Origin: Thecamonas trahens ATCC 50062
Taxonomy: Eukaryota > Protista > Apusomonadida
Direction of reading: 5' to 3'
NCBI RefSeq assembly: GCF_000142905.1
Contig: NW_013657652.1
Coordinates: 310,001-374,000 of the forward strand
Length of the DNA: 64,000 nucleotides
Numbering within the stretch: position 1 is the stretch's first letter; each line of letters starts with the position of its first letter. The notes beneath the pieces were generated by a model that did not search any database, had not been told where the DNA came from, and saw nothing but the letters and a program-made list of their open reading frames with translations. Shown piece by piece: positions 12,133-22,125 of this stretch. The position numbers were made by a program, and so were the translations under genes.

Positions 12133-12870
12133 ATGCCACGTGCCATGCGTGTCGTACCCTCTGCCACCCTCGCCCTCGCCCTCACTCTCGTCGTCGCCCT
12201 CGCTCTCGCTGTGGCATCCCCAACCGCTGCTGCACGCCCGTCAACTCCGCCGGTGCTCCCGCCGACGTACTCCGTCGAGATGCATGAGTACCTGCACACC
12301 GCGGTGCCAGACAAAGAGTACCGTTGGAACATCTCGTACGCCATCTCGTACGAGCTCGGCTCGGCCCGGCAGATCCACTCGGCCGGACAGTACGACGAGA
12401 TCTGCTCGTCCATCCCCGGTCACGAGCACACCGGCGAGCGATGCGAGGTCATCATCAACACCGACTACCGCTACGTTTACTTGCCGGACTCGGACATTTG
12501 CTGCCAGTGCTGCACCTCTGGCGCACCGCAGTACTGCGGCGTCGTCAAGCCCGACTGGGCCGCCAACGGCACCTATATCGGCGAGGTGCCCATCGACACC
12601 GGCGGGCCCTCGCCGACCACATGCTACCAGTACGATGTCCAGGGACATTACGTCAACCACTTTTACGTCACCCCCGAGCTCGCGCCCGACGGCTACGTCA
12701 CGCCGTGTGAGTTTTGGGAGGCCAAGCCCGGCCACGTCCTCCGCAAGCAGTTTGTCTACCAGCTCGCCACCTACTCTACCGCACCCATCCCTGCCTCGCA
12801 CTTTGACCTCCCGGACGTGCCCGGCGGCTGCGATCAGCAGTGCCCCGGCATCTGCGAGCATGCCGCGTAA
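12133..12870 (+). CDS. Secreted/lysosomal cysteine-rich protein, possibly ependymin-related (LolA-like fold)
   Basis: Signal peptide; PPVLPPTYSV start; CCQCC...CGVVKPDW; C-terminal HFDLP...C...C. Confidence 0.7.
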   Translation: MPRAMRVVPSATLALALTLVVALALAVASPTAAARPSTPPVLPPTYSVEMHEYLHTAVPDKEYRWNISYAISYELGSARQIHSAGQYDEICSSIPGHEHTGERCEVIINTDYRYVYLPDSDICCQCCTSGAPQYCGVVKPDWAANGTYIGEVPIDTGGPSPTTCYQYDVQGHYVNHFYVTPELAPDGYVTPCEFWEAKPGHVLRKQFVYQLATYSTAPIPASHFDLPDVPGGCDQQCPGICEHAA

Positions 12871-13009
12871 AGCCGCCATCCAACCAGCCTGCCCGTCACC
12901 GAGCCTGGCCTCGTCCGCCCGCCGCCGCTCGCCCATCCATCCATCACCGCTCGCTACCACCGTTCCCTTCCCTCCCCCCCCCCACCCCACCCAGCACACA
13001 CAGACACAC

Positions 13010-14682
13010 ATGCTGCACCTTCGCCTTCATGTCCATGCACTCGCGGCAGCGGCGGCGGCGTCACGCGCCCTCGCGTCGCGCGCCGGAGCCCGTCCACGCC
13101 TCGCCCGCAAGCCCGTCTCGCGCGCCGCCAAGCGGCGCGCCCTGGCCAAGCTCGTCGCCGCCGACCCAGCCGCCATCACCCCGGCCGCACTCTCGCGGCT
13201 CCACGCCCCGCCGGCGCTGCGGGCCAAAGTACGCCAGGCCCGCCGCGAGCGACCGCTCTTTGGCGGGGCAGACGCACCAGCCCCGCCGCCGCCAGCCGCT
13301 GCTGCTGCTGCCGCATCGCGCAACGCCCCGTCGTCGTCGTCCCCGCGTCGCACGTTCGCCGACCTAGGCCTGCATCCCGGCCTCGTCGCAGGCGTTGCCG
13401 AGATGGGTATCGCCGCTCCGACTGACATCCAGACCTCGGCGCTTCCACATCTGCTCGACGGTAAGTCTGCGCTTGTCGCCGCCCTCACTGGCTCGGGCAA
13501 GACCCTCGCCGTCCTTCTCCCGCTCCTTCACGCGCTCAAGGCTGCCGAGGATCCGGCCGCAACCGCCCCTCCCGGGCGTCCGCGCGGCCTTATCATCGTC
13601 CCGTCTCGCGAGCTCGCACATCAGACGCTGGGCGTTGTCAAGGCCCTCTCGCACTCGTGCCGCCTCTCGTCGATGGCGCTCACGGGCGGAGTGACGCCGT
13701 CCAAGCAGCGCGCCGCCATCAGGGGCATGAAGCGTCCGCTCGATGTGCTCGTCGCCACGCCCGGTCGCCTCGCAGACTCGCTTGCCTCGGGCGCTGTGGC
13801 ACTCTCCCGCGTTCAGCATGTTTCCTCGACGAGGCCGACACCCTCATCGAGGGCTTTGACCTCGCAGACATTCTTCGCCCGCTCCATCTCCGCGCCACGA
13901 CTTCGGCTCGTGAGACCCTGCCTCCGCCGCAAGTCGTCCTCGCCACGGCAGGCGTCTCGCCGCCGCTCGCCTCAGGCATCAACTCCTTCCTCGCCCGCTA
14001 CAAGCTCACCACCATCGCCGGCCCGGGCCTCCACTCGCTCCCGCCCGGCATCGACCTCGAGTTCCTCCGTCCACAAGCCGCTTCGCGCGACAAGGAGGCC
14101 CTCCTCGTCGACGTCGTCACCCGCACCCTTGCCTCGCCGCATGCCCGCGCCATGGTCTTCTGCAACACCATCGGCTCCGCCCGCTGGGCTGCACACACCC
14201 TTGCTGATGCCGCCATTGCAACTGCCTCGCTCCATGGTGGCGTCAAGCCCAACACCCGTCGCGCCCAGTACGCTGCCTTTCTCGACGGCTCCGCACCTGT
14301 CCTAGTTACCACTGACGTCGGCTCGCGTGGCCTTGACATCCCACTCCTCGACGCTGTTGTCAACGCCGACTTTCCGCTCACTCCGCTCGACTTTGTCCAC
14401 CGCGCCGGCCGCGTCGGCCGTATGCTCTCCGACGTCGCCAAGGCCGCCTTGCCCTCGCCTGCTGCCCGCTCCCGCCGCGGCCGCAAGCAGCGGTCTCCGG
14501 GCCGTGTCATCTCGCTCATCGGCTCGGCAAAGGATGCCTCTATGGCCCAGTTTATCCAGCGTGCCGCCGCCGCCGGCGAGCCCCTCGTCGACTTTCCTCA
14601 CTCGGTCGGCGCGCCCGACTCGTCCGCCTCATCTGCGCTCCTCCGCGACCTCGCCGCCAGATCGGCCCCGCGTCGTCGCTGA
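13010..14682 (+). CDS. DEAD-box RNA helicase, organellar DDX28/RH39-like; -1 frame break at ~13821-13823
   Basis: Q motif PTDIQ, TGSGKT, PSRELA, ATPGRL, then after the shift FLDEAD, VFCN, SRGLD, HRAGRVGR. Basic, transit-peptide-like N-terminus. Confidence 0.88.
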
Positions 14683-17600
14683 CACCCGTCCGCTTGCCAC
14701 CTCGAGTACCACGTCCCAGTTGCTCGCAGCCTCCACGTCCACGTCGTGCGCAATGACAATAACCGTCACTTGCTCGCCAAGCGCCCGCCGCACAACCGCC
14801 GCCACATCACTCGATGCTGCGTCTTCAAGCGCCGCCGCAGGCTCGTCGAGCACAACCACCTTGGCCTTCCGCACCAGCGCCCGCGCGATGCACAGCCGCT
14901 GCCGGGCACCTCGCCCGAGCGTTCGCCCGCCAACATGTGCGTCAACTGCAACATCTCCCAGCCCCACCGCGTCCAGCGCAGCTCGCACACTTGCTGCACT
15001 CGCTCGCCCAGACGCATCCACATTGAAGGCCACGCTTCCGTCAAACAGACCCGGGTCCTGACCCACCAGGCACACTCCCGCGCGCAGCGCAGCCACGTTG
15101 CCATCCTGTACACGCAACCCGCCCACAACAACGTCACTCCCGGGCGCAACCTCCAGTCCGCCCACGAGAAGCTTGGCCAGCGACGACTTGCCAGCGCCTG
15201 TCCGCCCCACCACGAGCACCCTGTCGCCGGCGGCCAGCTCAAAGCTGGCATCCACAAGCACCGCGTTCGGTCTCCTGGCACCTCGCTCATGTCCGCCATA
15301 CCACGCGCGCGTCAGCTCCACCGCCACCGAGCCGTCAGCCACTTCCTCGCTCTCATCGTCGATCGACTCGGGTCGCACGTCAGCGTACTCGAGCATCCGC
15401 TCCACGCTTACAAACTCCTTCTCGGTCTCGGTGCCCGTGTTGAGCAGGCCGTTGAGCAGGCCCGAGATCGGGAGCGCGTACGAGAGCACTAGCCCCAGCA
15501 GCCCCGCCGCTGACGATGGCGAGCTCGTCGCGTCTGGACCTGGTACGTACATGGCCACTCCGATGAGTGCCACGCCGGCAACCACACACGCTCCGAGTGA
15601 TTGCACGGCCACCGCCAGCCACTGCCCCGCCGCAAGCTCAGTGTACGACGCCGCAAGCCAGACCTCAAGCGCCTTGTTGAGACGCCCAGTAAACTCCGCA
15701 CATGCCGGTCCACCGGCCGCCCGGAGCGTCGCCGCACCAGCCGACACGTCGTCGATGTGCTCGTACAGCGGCGATCGAGCAACCACCACCAGCCGCTTCA
15801 GCTCCCGCGACGACGCCCTATAAACGCGCCCCACTACCGCGTACGCCGCCATCAGAGGCAAAAGCGCAGCGCCAAACAAAGGCACCACAATCAGAATGAT
15901 CACAAGCGCACCCGCGAGCCCAAATCCGTTCGCAAGAAAGATGTTGAGACTGAATGGGAGCGAGTCGTCGACCGCCCACGCGTCCGACGAGAACCGGTTG
16001 AGCAGCCGCCCGACCGGATGGTTGCCAAAGAACGCCAGCGGTGCCCCGAGTACACCGTCAAGCAGCTCGGCGTGCATTCGCTTCGCCGCCACAATCCCGC
16101 CGCGTGCAAACAGAAATGCACGCGCAAGCGTTGCTGCAGAGTTCACCACGGCAAGCCCAGCGTAGACGCCAAGGTAAAACGAGAGTGACTGCGCCTCGCC
16201 ACGGCGCAGCGCCCCCACCCAATACGCCAGCCACCAGTCGGTCACATTGCGCGACGCCTGCATCGCCACCATTGCGCACGTCAATCCCACACAGTTGGTC
16301 AGCCCCATCATCCGGCCGTACCGGGTGTAGGTTGACAGCGCCAGAGCTCCTTCGGCGCGAGCTTCTTCCTCGCCGTCCTCACTCGCGTCATCGGCATCGA
16401 CTAGCTCGGAACCGCTGCCCCTTAATGCGCCAACATCGCTTGTGTCGCTTTGAGTCGGCTGCGTTGTGGCTGCAGACTGGTGGAATACCTCGTCATCGGC
16501 GACGAGTGCAACCGTGCCGCTGTCAACACGCCACACAGCTCCAAACAAGGATGCCGGTAGTCGCGCATCCAGCTTGGGCGTCGCCACAACGACAGGCACC
16601 CCCGCAGCCGCCAGCAGAGGGAAAACGCTGGCGACAAGGTCAGCGGCCACGCCATCGTCCAGCGCAGCGAGCGGGTCGTCGAGCACGACAAGATCGAGCC
16701 TGTGGCGCGCGTACACAATCCGAGCCAGCGCCACCCGCATCCGCTGGCCACCAGAGATCTGGCATCCGCCACGTCCAACGCGCGTCTGCCAACCAAGCGG
16801 CATCTCCGCCAGATCTGCGTCGAGGCAGACCGCCGCCGCCGCCTCGGCGAGGCGGCCGGCCACCTCGGGCTCGCCAAACGTCACATTGGAAAGAAGCGTG
16901 TCGGCAACCAGGAACGGTGTCTGACTAACCAGGCCAATGCGCAGCGAGCGTTCGCCCGACACGCCCAGTACCTCGGCAAGCAACCGTCCGACGCCCGGAC
17001 CGCCCGCGATTGGTGTCTGGCCAGTCAGTCCGCTCAGCAGCGTCGACTTGCCGCTCTCGTTCCGTCCCACAACTGCCAGCGCGCCCACGACGCCAGCTTC
17101 TCCGATCAGGGCCGGAACCTGGACTCGGAACGCGCCGTCGACCCCGCTCCAGCCAAAAGTCCACCCGCGGGTGTCGACTACGCTCTCGCCGAGGCTGGCC
17201 GAGACCGGCAACGGGGCGAGGAACCGCGCGAGTCGCTTGGCTGAAACCCACGCCTCAACAAGGCCGTTGAGGACCCACGGAAAGGCGTTGAGTGGGCCAA
17301 GAAGCATGTTGAAGAGCGCAAGTGATGTAAAGACCTTGGTCGGCGTCAGCGTCCGGCCCATCACCAGCGTGTAGGTGCCAAAGGTGAGGATGGAGACAAG
17401 GACTGGAGTCACCGCCCAAAAGTAGACACACCAGGCGTCGAGGTACTTGCGCGAGGCAAGGGTGATCATTTCGGTCCGCCGGGCATTTGCAACCCGCCGC
17501 GCGAGGTACGGCGCCCAACCCAGGAGCTTGACCGTCTCGATCTCGGCGAGCACAGCCTTGGTGGCAGCAAGGCGCGCGTCTTTGGAGGCCATCATTGCGG

Positions 17601-18978
17601 CTGAGAGGGCGCCGATCTTAGAAGCAATCCACTTGTTGAGCGGAATGAGGAGAAGGGCAAAGACGAGGCCGGCAGCAGCGGCTTCGCCGACCTGCGAATA
17701 CAGGAGAGCAAGCGAGACCGCAATCTGGAACGGGAGTGACCACGCGGCGTGGAACGAGGCACCAATGTTGACCACCCGCGACGCGTCAGTCGAGATAAAG
17801 TTGTTGAGCTCTCCGGCAGAGTACTGCGCTACCGCCGCCGATGGTGCCGTGAGCACCGTGGCTGACACCATTGCCGTGAGCTGGGCCTGGACGCTCAGCG
17901 CCAGTGAGTTCATGGCAAAGGTGTAGTGAATGTTGAGTCCAGCGGCCGCACCGAGCGTGAACACAAGAAGCAATGCCGCGATGTAGCCCTGATTGCGGGC
18001 CGACGGAAGACAGTCCCAAGCCTGTCCGCTGCTGCCGCTGCCACTCTCGATGAGTCCAACGATTACGTTGAGCAGTAGAGGCGCGCAAAAGCCGCACACG
18101 TCGGCGCCCAGCTTGAAGCCGCCGAGCGGAAAGTAGCGCCAGCCATAGACGCTCGCCAGTGCCCAGACCAAACCGCGGCCGCGAGCAAGCACAGCCCGCA
18201 GCGCGCGCTGATCATCGGCGCTCGGTTGGAGTTGTTGCGGAGGAGCGAGCAAGTCTTCGCGGCCGAGCTGGCGTGAGGCACCAGCCCGGATGAGCGGTGT
18301 GACCCAGGAAAAACAGAGGCCTGCCAGTCGCGATTGCCGTCGTGAAGCACTCGTCGTGTTGTCATCCCGAGCGCGCACCAGCAGCGGCGTCGCCTCGTTG
18401 ATGTTGACCCGCCCCAGCGCCGGTTGGCTCGACGAATGAGGCAGATGAGACGCTGGACGCGCGCGAACCAGCTCCCACAGCCCAGCCACCGCAACCGCGG
18501 CGCCGGTACCGGCCAGCGATCCCGCCAGCGCGCGGCGGCGCGCAAGAACGTGCTGTAACGGTGACCCTGGTAGCCAAGGAGCAACAACCCAGATCCAGCC
18601 GCCTGTAACTACAGGCAGCGCCATAGCTATCGCCGCCACCCACGCCTCAGGAGCAAGGACGGCAGACGCTGCTGCTGCCGCCAGCGCCACAACAATGATC
18701 GGCGATGGGGTATCGGTAGCAAGCGCCGCGGCGGAGGCGGCAAGGGCGGCTAGTGAAGCGCGATGGAGCCACATGGCAGGCGGAAAGCGGCGGCGGGCGG
18801 CGAGAGCAGCCGCCGTCGCCATCGCACACGCCGCCGCTGTCAGAGCAAGGCCAGCAGCCAGCGCAGCTGTGGCCAGGCAGGGCGCCGGGACAATGCGCGG
18901 GGAGGCCCACCATGCTGGAGCGGGGCATGTGTCATGCACGGCGAGGAGGGCGAGTAGTGCTGAGCATGGCCGTGTCAT
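14629..18978 (-). CDS. ABCC10: ABC transporter C family, MRP7-like; 5' end uncertain (possible first exon from ATG 19492 across the N-gap)
   Basis: Two TMD-NBD halves; RKYLDAWCVYFWAVTPVLVSILTF, GRLLNRFSSD...DDSLPF and ETEKEFVSVER are ABCC10-type motifs. Confidence 0.88.
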   Translation of the reverse strand: MTRPCSALLALLAVHDTCPAPAWWASPRIVPAPCLATAALAAGLALTAAACAMATAAALAARRRFPPAMWLHRASLAALAASAAALATDTPSPIIVVALAAAAASAVLAPEAWVAAIAMALPVVTGGWIWVVAPWLPGSPLQHVLARRRALAGSLAGTGAAVAVAGLWELVRARPASHLPHSSSQPALGRVNINEATPLLVRARDDNTTSASRRQSRLAGLCFSWVTPLIRAGASRQLGREDLLAPPQQLQPSADDQRALRAVLARGRGLVWALASVYGWRYFPLGGFKLGADVCGFCAPLLLNVIVGLIESGSGSSGQAWDCLPSARNQGYIAALLLVFTLGAAAGLNIHYTFAMNSLALSVQAQLTAMVSATVLTAPSAAVAQYSAGELNNFISTDASRVVNIGASFHAAWSLPFQIAVSLALLYSQVGEAAAAGLVFALLLIPLNKWIASKIGALSAAMMASKDARLAATKAVLAEIETVKLLGWAPYLARRVANARRTEMITLASRKYLDAWCVYFWAVTPVLVSILTFGTYTLVMGRTLTPTKVFTSLALFNMLLGPLNAFPWVLNGLVEAWVSAKRLARFLAPLPVSASLGESVVDTRGWTFGWSGVDGAFRVQVPALIGEAGVVGALAVVGRNESGKSTLLSGLTGQTPIAGGPGVGRLLAEVLGVSGERSLRIGLVSQTPFLVADTLLSNVTFGEPEVAGRLAEAAAAVCLDADLAEMPLGWQTRVGRGGCQISGGQRMRVALARIVYARHRLDLVVLDDPLAALDDGVAADLVASVFPLLAAAGVPVVVATPKLDARLPASLFGAVWRVDSGTVALVADDEVFHQSAATTQPTQSDTSDVGALRGSGSELVDADDASEDGEEEARAEGALALSTYTRYGRMMGLTNCVGLTCAMVAMQASRNVTDWWLAYWVGALRRGEAQSLSFYLGVYAGLAVVNSAATLARAFLFARGGIVAAKRMHAELLDGVLGAPLAFFGNHPVGRLLNRFSSDAWAVDDSLPFSLNIFLANGFGLAGALVIILIVVPLFGAALLPLMAAYAVVGRVYRASSRELKRLVVVARSPLYEHIDDVSAGAATLRAAGGPACAEFTGRLNKALEVWLAASYTELAAGQWLAVAVQSLGACVVAGVALIGVAMYVPGPDATSSPSSAAGLLGLVLSYALPISGLLNGLLNTGTETEKEFVSVERMLEYADVRPESIDDESEEVADGSVAVELTRAWYGGHERGARRPNAVLVDASFELAAGDRVLVVGRTGAGKSSLAKLLVGGLEVAPGSDVVVGGLRVQDGNVAALRAGVCLVGQDPGLFDGSVAFNVDASGRASAASVRAALDAVGLGDVAVDAHVGGRTLGRGARQRLCIARALVRKAKVVVLDEPAAALEDAASSDVAAVVRRALGEQVTVIVIAHDVDVEAASNWDVVLEVASGRVSATTRGRSGGEVAEERR

Positions 18979-19244
18979 GGTGAGCACCCAAAAGCCAGAG
19001 GGTTGGGCTTTGAGCGAGAGGTGGGCGTGGGGGTGGGCGTGTGTGGGTGGGGGTGGGGGACACTCGACTGCCAGTCACGGGAAGGAATGGTAAGGATAGA
19101 GGGGAGGGTTAGGAGGGGGGGAGGGGGGGGGGGGGGGGGGGGGGGGGAGGGGGGAGGGGGAGGGGGAGGGGGAGGGGGACGGGGAGGGGAGGGGGACGGG
19201 ACGACGGACGGGTACGGGTACGGGGTCCGGGTACCGGGTACCGG

Positions 19245-19413
19245 NNNNNNNNNNNNNNNNNNNNNNNNNNNNNNNNNNNNNNNNNNNNNNNNNNNNNNNN
19301 NNNNNNNNNNNNNNNNNNNNNNNNNNNNNNNNNNNNNNNNNNNNNNNNNNNNNNNNNNNNNNNNNNNNNNNNNNNNNNNNNNNNNNNNNNNNNNNNNNNN
19401 NNNNNNNNNNNNN
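19245..19413. other. Assembly gap (N run)
   Basis: Run of n next to poly-G tracts. Confidence 0.99.
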
Positions 19414-19929
19414 GCAGAGGCGGACCGGCCTGGCCCAGCGGTGGCGAGCCCGCATGGAAGCGTAGCGGCGGCGAGCCGGGGTGAGGATCCATATGTGAAG
19501 ACAGTGGGTGGGGTGGTGGTGGCCGTGGGGTGGCCGTGGCCGTGGGGTGTGGTGGCAGGTGGCAGGGGTGGGGTGGCTTCCAGTGGGCGTGGGCGGCAGG
19601 CAATGAAGCCCCCCTCCTTTCCTCCTTCCCCGCTTTTGGTCTTGCCACCTGCGAATGTCTCTGTTGCGCGGGCTGGGCCAACGCTCCTTCCCAGCCCAAC
19701 CGCACACACACACACACACACGCACACACACACGCAGCACTCGCACACACGCGTCCACACGCACACACACATCTCGCGGGTCGACCTCCCTACTACCCCC
19801 CCCCCCCTACCCCCCACCCCCACCCCACCCCCACCCCCCTACCCCCACCCTACCCCCACCCCTCCTCCTCGCCTGCTCTAGCCCTTTCCCTCTCCCCTCC
19901 CTCTCTACCAGACAGACAGAGAGACAGAC

Positions 19930-21288
19930 ATGGCGTTCCTCTTTGGCGGCAAGAAGAAGCTGGGCATCATCGAGCTCGCAGGTCTGATGAAGACCAATCT
20001 AGAGGTGCTGACTTCGACATCGTCGAGCAAGGCTGTGGGCAAGGCCCGGACGGAAATGACCCGGGTGCTGGCGGAGACACGCAAGCTGGCCCTGCCCGAC
20101 GAGGCTGCAGATCCGGTGGCAGAGGCTGGCGGACTCTCGGGCGAGGGCTCCGAGTCGGCCGTCGCCGCCCTCGCTGCTGTCGTACTGGAGGACGAGCTGC
20201 TGGGCAACTTGCTGGAGAACCTGACGCTGCTGGAGTTTGAGGCGCGGAAGGATGTGGTGGTCCTCTTTGAGCGGCTGGTCCGCGAGCAGGCCGACGGCGG
20301 GACCCGGTTTCCGGTGGTGGAAGCACTTTGTGCGCATGACGAGGTGCTCTCGGTCATCATGCTCGGGTATGGCAACACTGACATTGCACTCAACTGTGGA
20401 GCAATGATGCGCGCGGCGCTGGCCCACGAGCCAGTCGCCCGGTGGTTGCTCCTGTCGGACGAGCTCTTTCTACTCTTTGATCTGATGGAGGACACCTCGT
20501 TTGACGTTGCCACCGACGCCTTCCTCACCTTTCGCCTCCTGCTCACCACCCACTCAGCGGCTGTCGGCGAGTTTATGGAGCAGCACTACGTGCCGTTCTT
20601 CGAGTCGTACGCGCGGCTGCTGGTATGCGAAAACTACGCCACCCGCAGGCAGTCGCTCTCGCTGCTTGGTGACTTTCTCCTCGACCGCTCCAACATTGCA
20701 ACCATGAAGCGGTACATCGCCTCGTCGCACAACCTCAAGACCATCATGCAGCTCCTCCGCGACAAGTCGCGCAACATTCAGTTCGAGGCCTTCCATGTCT
20801 TTAAGATCTTTGTCGCCAACCCGACCAAGCCGCCGGCCGTCCTCCACATCCTCAAGCGCAACGCCAACAAGCTTGTCAACTTTCTGGCCGACTTTCAAAA
20901 GGACCGCCGTGACGACACTCAGTTTGTCGAGGAAAAGGCGTACCTCATCAACATCATCCAGTCCATCCGCGACAACGACTCGGACTCGGACCCGCCGGCA
21001 GGCTCGTCGCCTGCGGCGCCCGTCTCGACCTCTCCCGCCACCTCGGCCGCTGCCGCTCCTGTCCAACCGCCGCCGCGATCGTCGTCGTCTGCCGCCTCGG
21101 CCACGGCTGCCCATGGCCGGCTGGCGTCTCCACCGTCATCGTCGTCTTCTTCCTCATCATCGTCGTCGTCAAGCTCCTCCGGCACGTCCTCGGCTGGCGT
21201 CCTCGAGTACGACACTGGCACCGTCGTCAACCTGGCCACCGTTGTCCTCAAGGGCGTCCATCAGCCGGTGAACAATCCTACAAGCTAA
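19930..21288 (+). CDS. CAB39: MO25/CAB39-like scaffold with a Ser-rich C-terminal tail
   Basis: LEFEARKDV, IALNCGAMMR, FDVATDAFLTF, NYATRRQSLSLLGDFLLDRSN, IQFEAFHVFKIFVANP. Confidence 0.95.
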   Translation: MAFLFGGKKKLGIIELAGLMKTNLEVLTSTSSSKAVGKARTEMTRVLAETRKLALPDEAADPVAEAGGLSGEGSESAVAALAAVVLEDELLGNLLENLTLLEFEARKDVVVLFERLVREQADGGTRFPVVEALCAHDEVLSVIMLGYGNTDIALNCGAMMRAALAHEPVARWLLLSDELFLLFDLMEDTSFDVATDAFLTFRLLLTTHSAAVGEFMEQHYVPFFESYARLLVCENYATRRQSLSLLGDFLLDRSNIATMKRYIASSHNLKTIMQLLRDKSRNIQFEAFHVFKIFVANPTKPPAVLHILKRNANKLVNFLADFQKDRRDDTQFVEEKAYLINIIQSIRDNDSDSDPPAGSSPAAPVSTSPATSAAAAPVQPPPRSSSSAASATAAHGRLASPPSSSSSSSSSSSSSSSGTSSAGVLEYDTGTVVNLATVVLKGVHQPVNNPTS

Positions 21289-21499
21289 CCTCCAACGATA
21301 CACCCGGTCTTATGGTGCCCGAAATCATAAAAGCAGCTCAGTCTGTAACGGCCGTCGCGCGCGACCTAATGGTCGACGTGTGGTCGAACGCTCACCCGCC
21401 GCTCAAGGCGCCTCGCCTTTCGCAACGACCCGACGCCCGAACGTCACACGTCACACCTAGCCCACCCCCCGGGCTCTTGCCACACTCCACTCACCCACC

Positions 21500-22107
21500 A
21501 TGGCTGCATACTGGGCAGGCGCTGGAGACGACGAGGCGGCGTCGTACTCGTCCGAGGACCGGCACGACTACTCGGTCCTCCTCGAGTCGGGGTCGGACGA
21601 CGAGGCCGGGGCGTCGGGCGGCGCGCCCGGCGACGCTGGCCGCATTCCCTTCCGCCCGTCCCCTGGGCACTCTATCGACGATGCCCTGCGTGCGCTCGAA
21701 GACGCCGGCCTGGTTTACCAGCCTGAACCGAATGCAAAGCCGCCTGGCCCGTGGGCGGAAATCAATCCACCCGAGCCGCCGCCCAAGCCGCGCTATGTCT
21801 CCACCTACACCGTCGAGGGCGGGTGGGAGACCCGTCTCCTGCCCGAGTCCGAGTGGATCCCAGCCGACCCGCGCAAGTCCAAAATTACCGCAAAGCCGCC
21901 ACCCTATGGTCGCCACGCCCAATGCGTTCGCGACTTTCTCGCCTCGGCTGATCTGCCCGGCGACGAGCCCGCCGTCGTGGTCCCCGCCGTTGATGACGAA
22001 CTCATCCGCCCGCCGCCCACTGCCAATCCAGATGCGCCCATGCCCATGGCCACGGCCCGCCGGCGCATGCTGTCGCTGAGGACGATGTTGCCGACGACGG
22101 GGTGTGA
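21500..22107 (+). CDS. Hypothetical Pro-rich protein; probable -1 break at ~22037-22039 ending ...AEDDVADDGV* at 22107 (uncorrected ORF runs to 22252)
   Basis: ATG after a C-rich tract; the shifted frame has host-like codons and removes the overlap with the next gene. Confidence 0.55.
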
Positions 22108-22125
22108 TGCTCGTCGTTGCTCACC

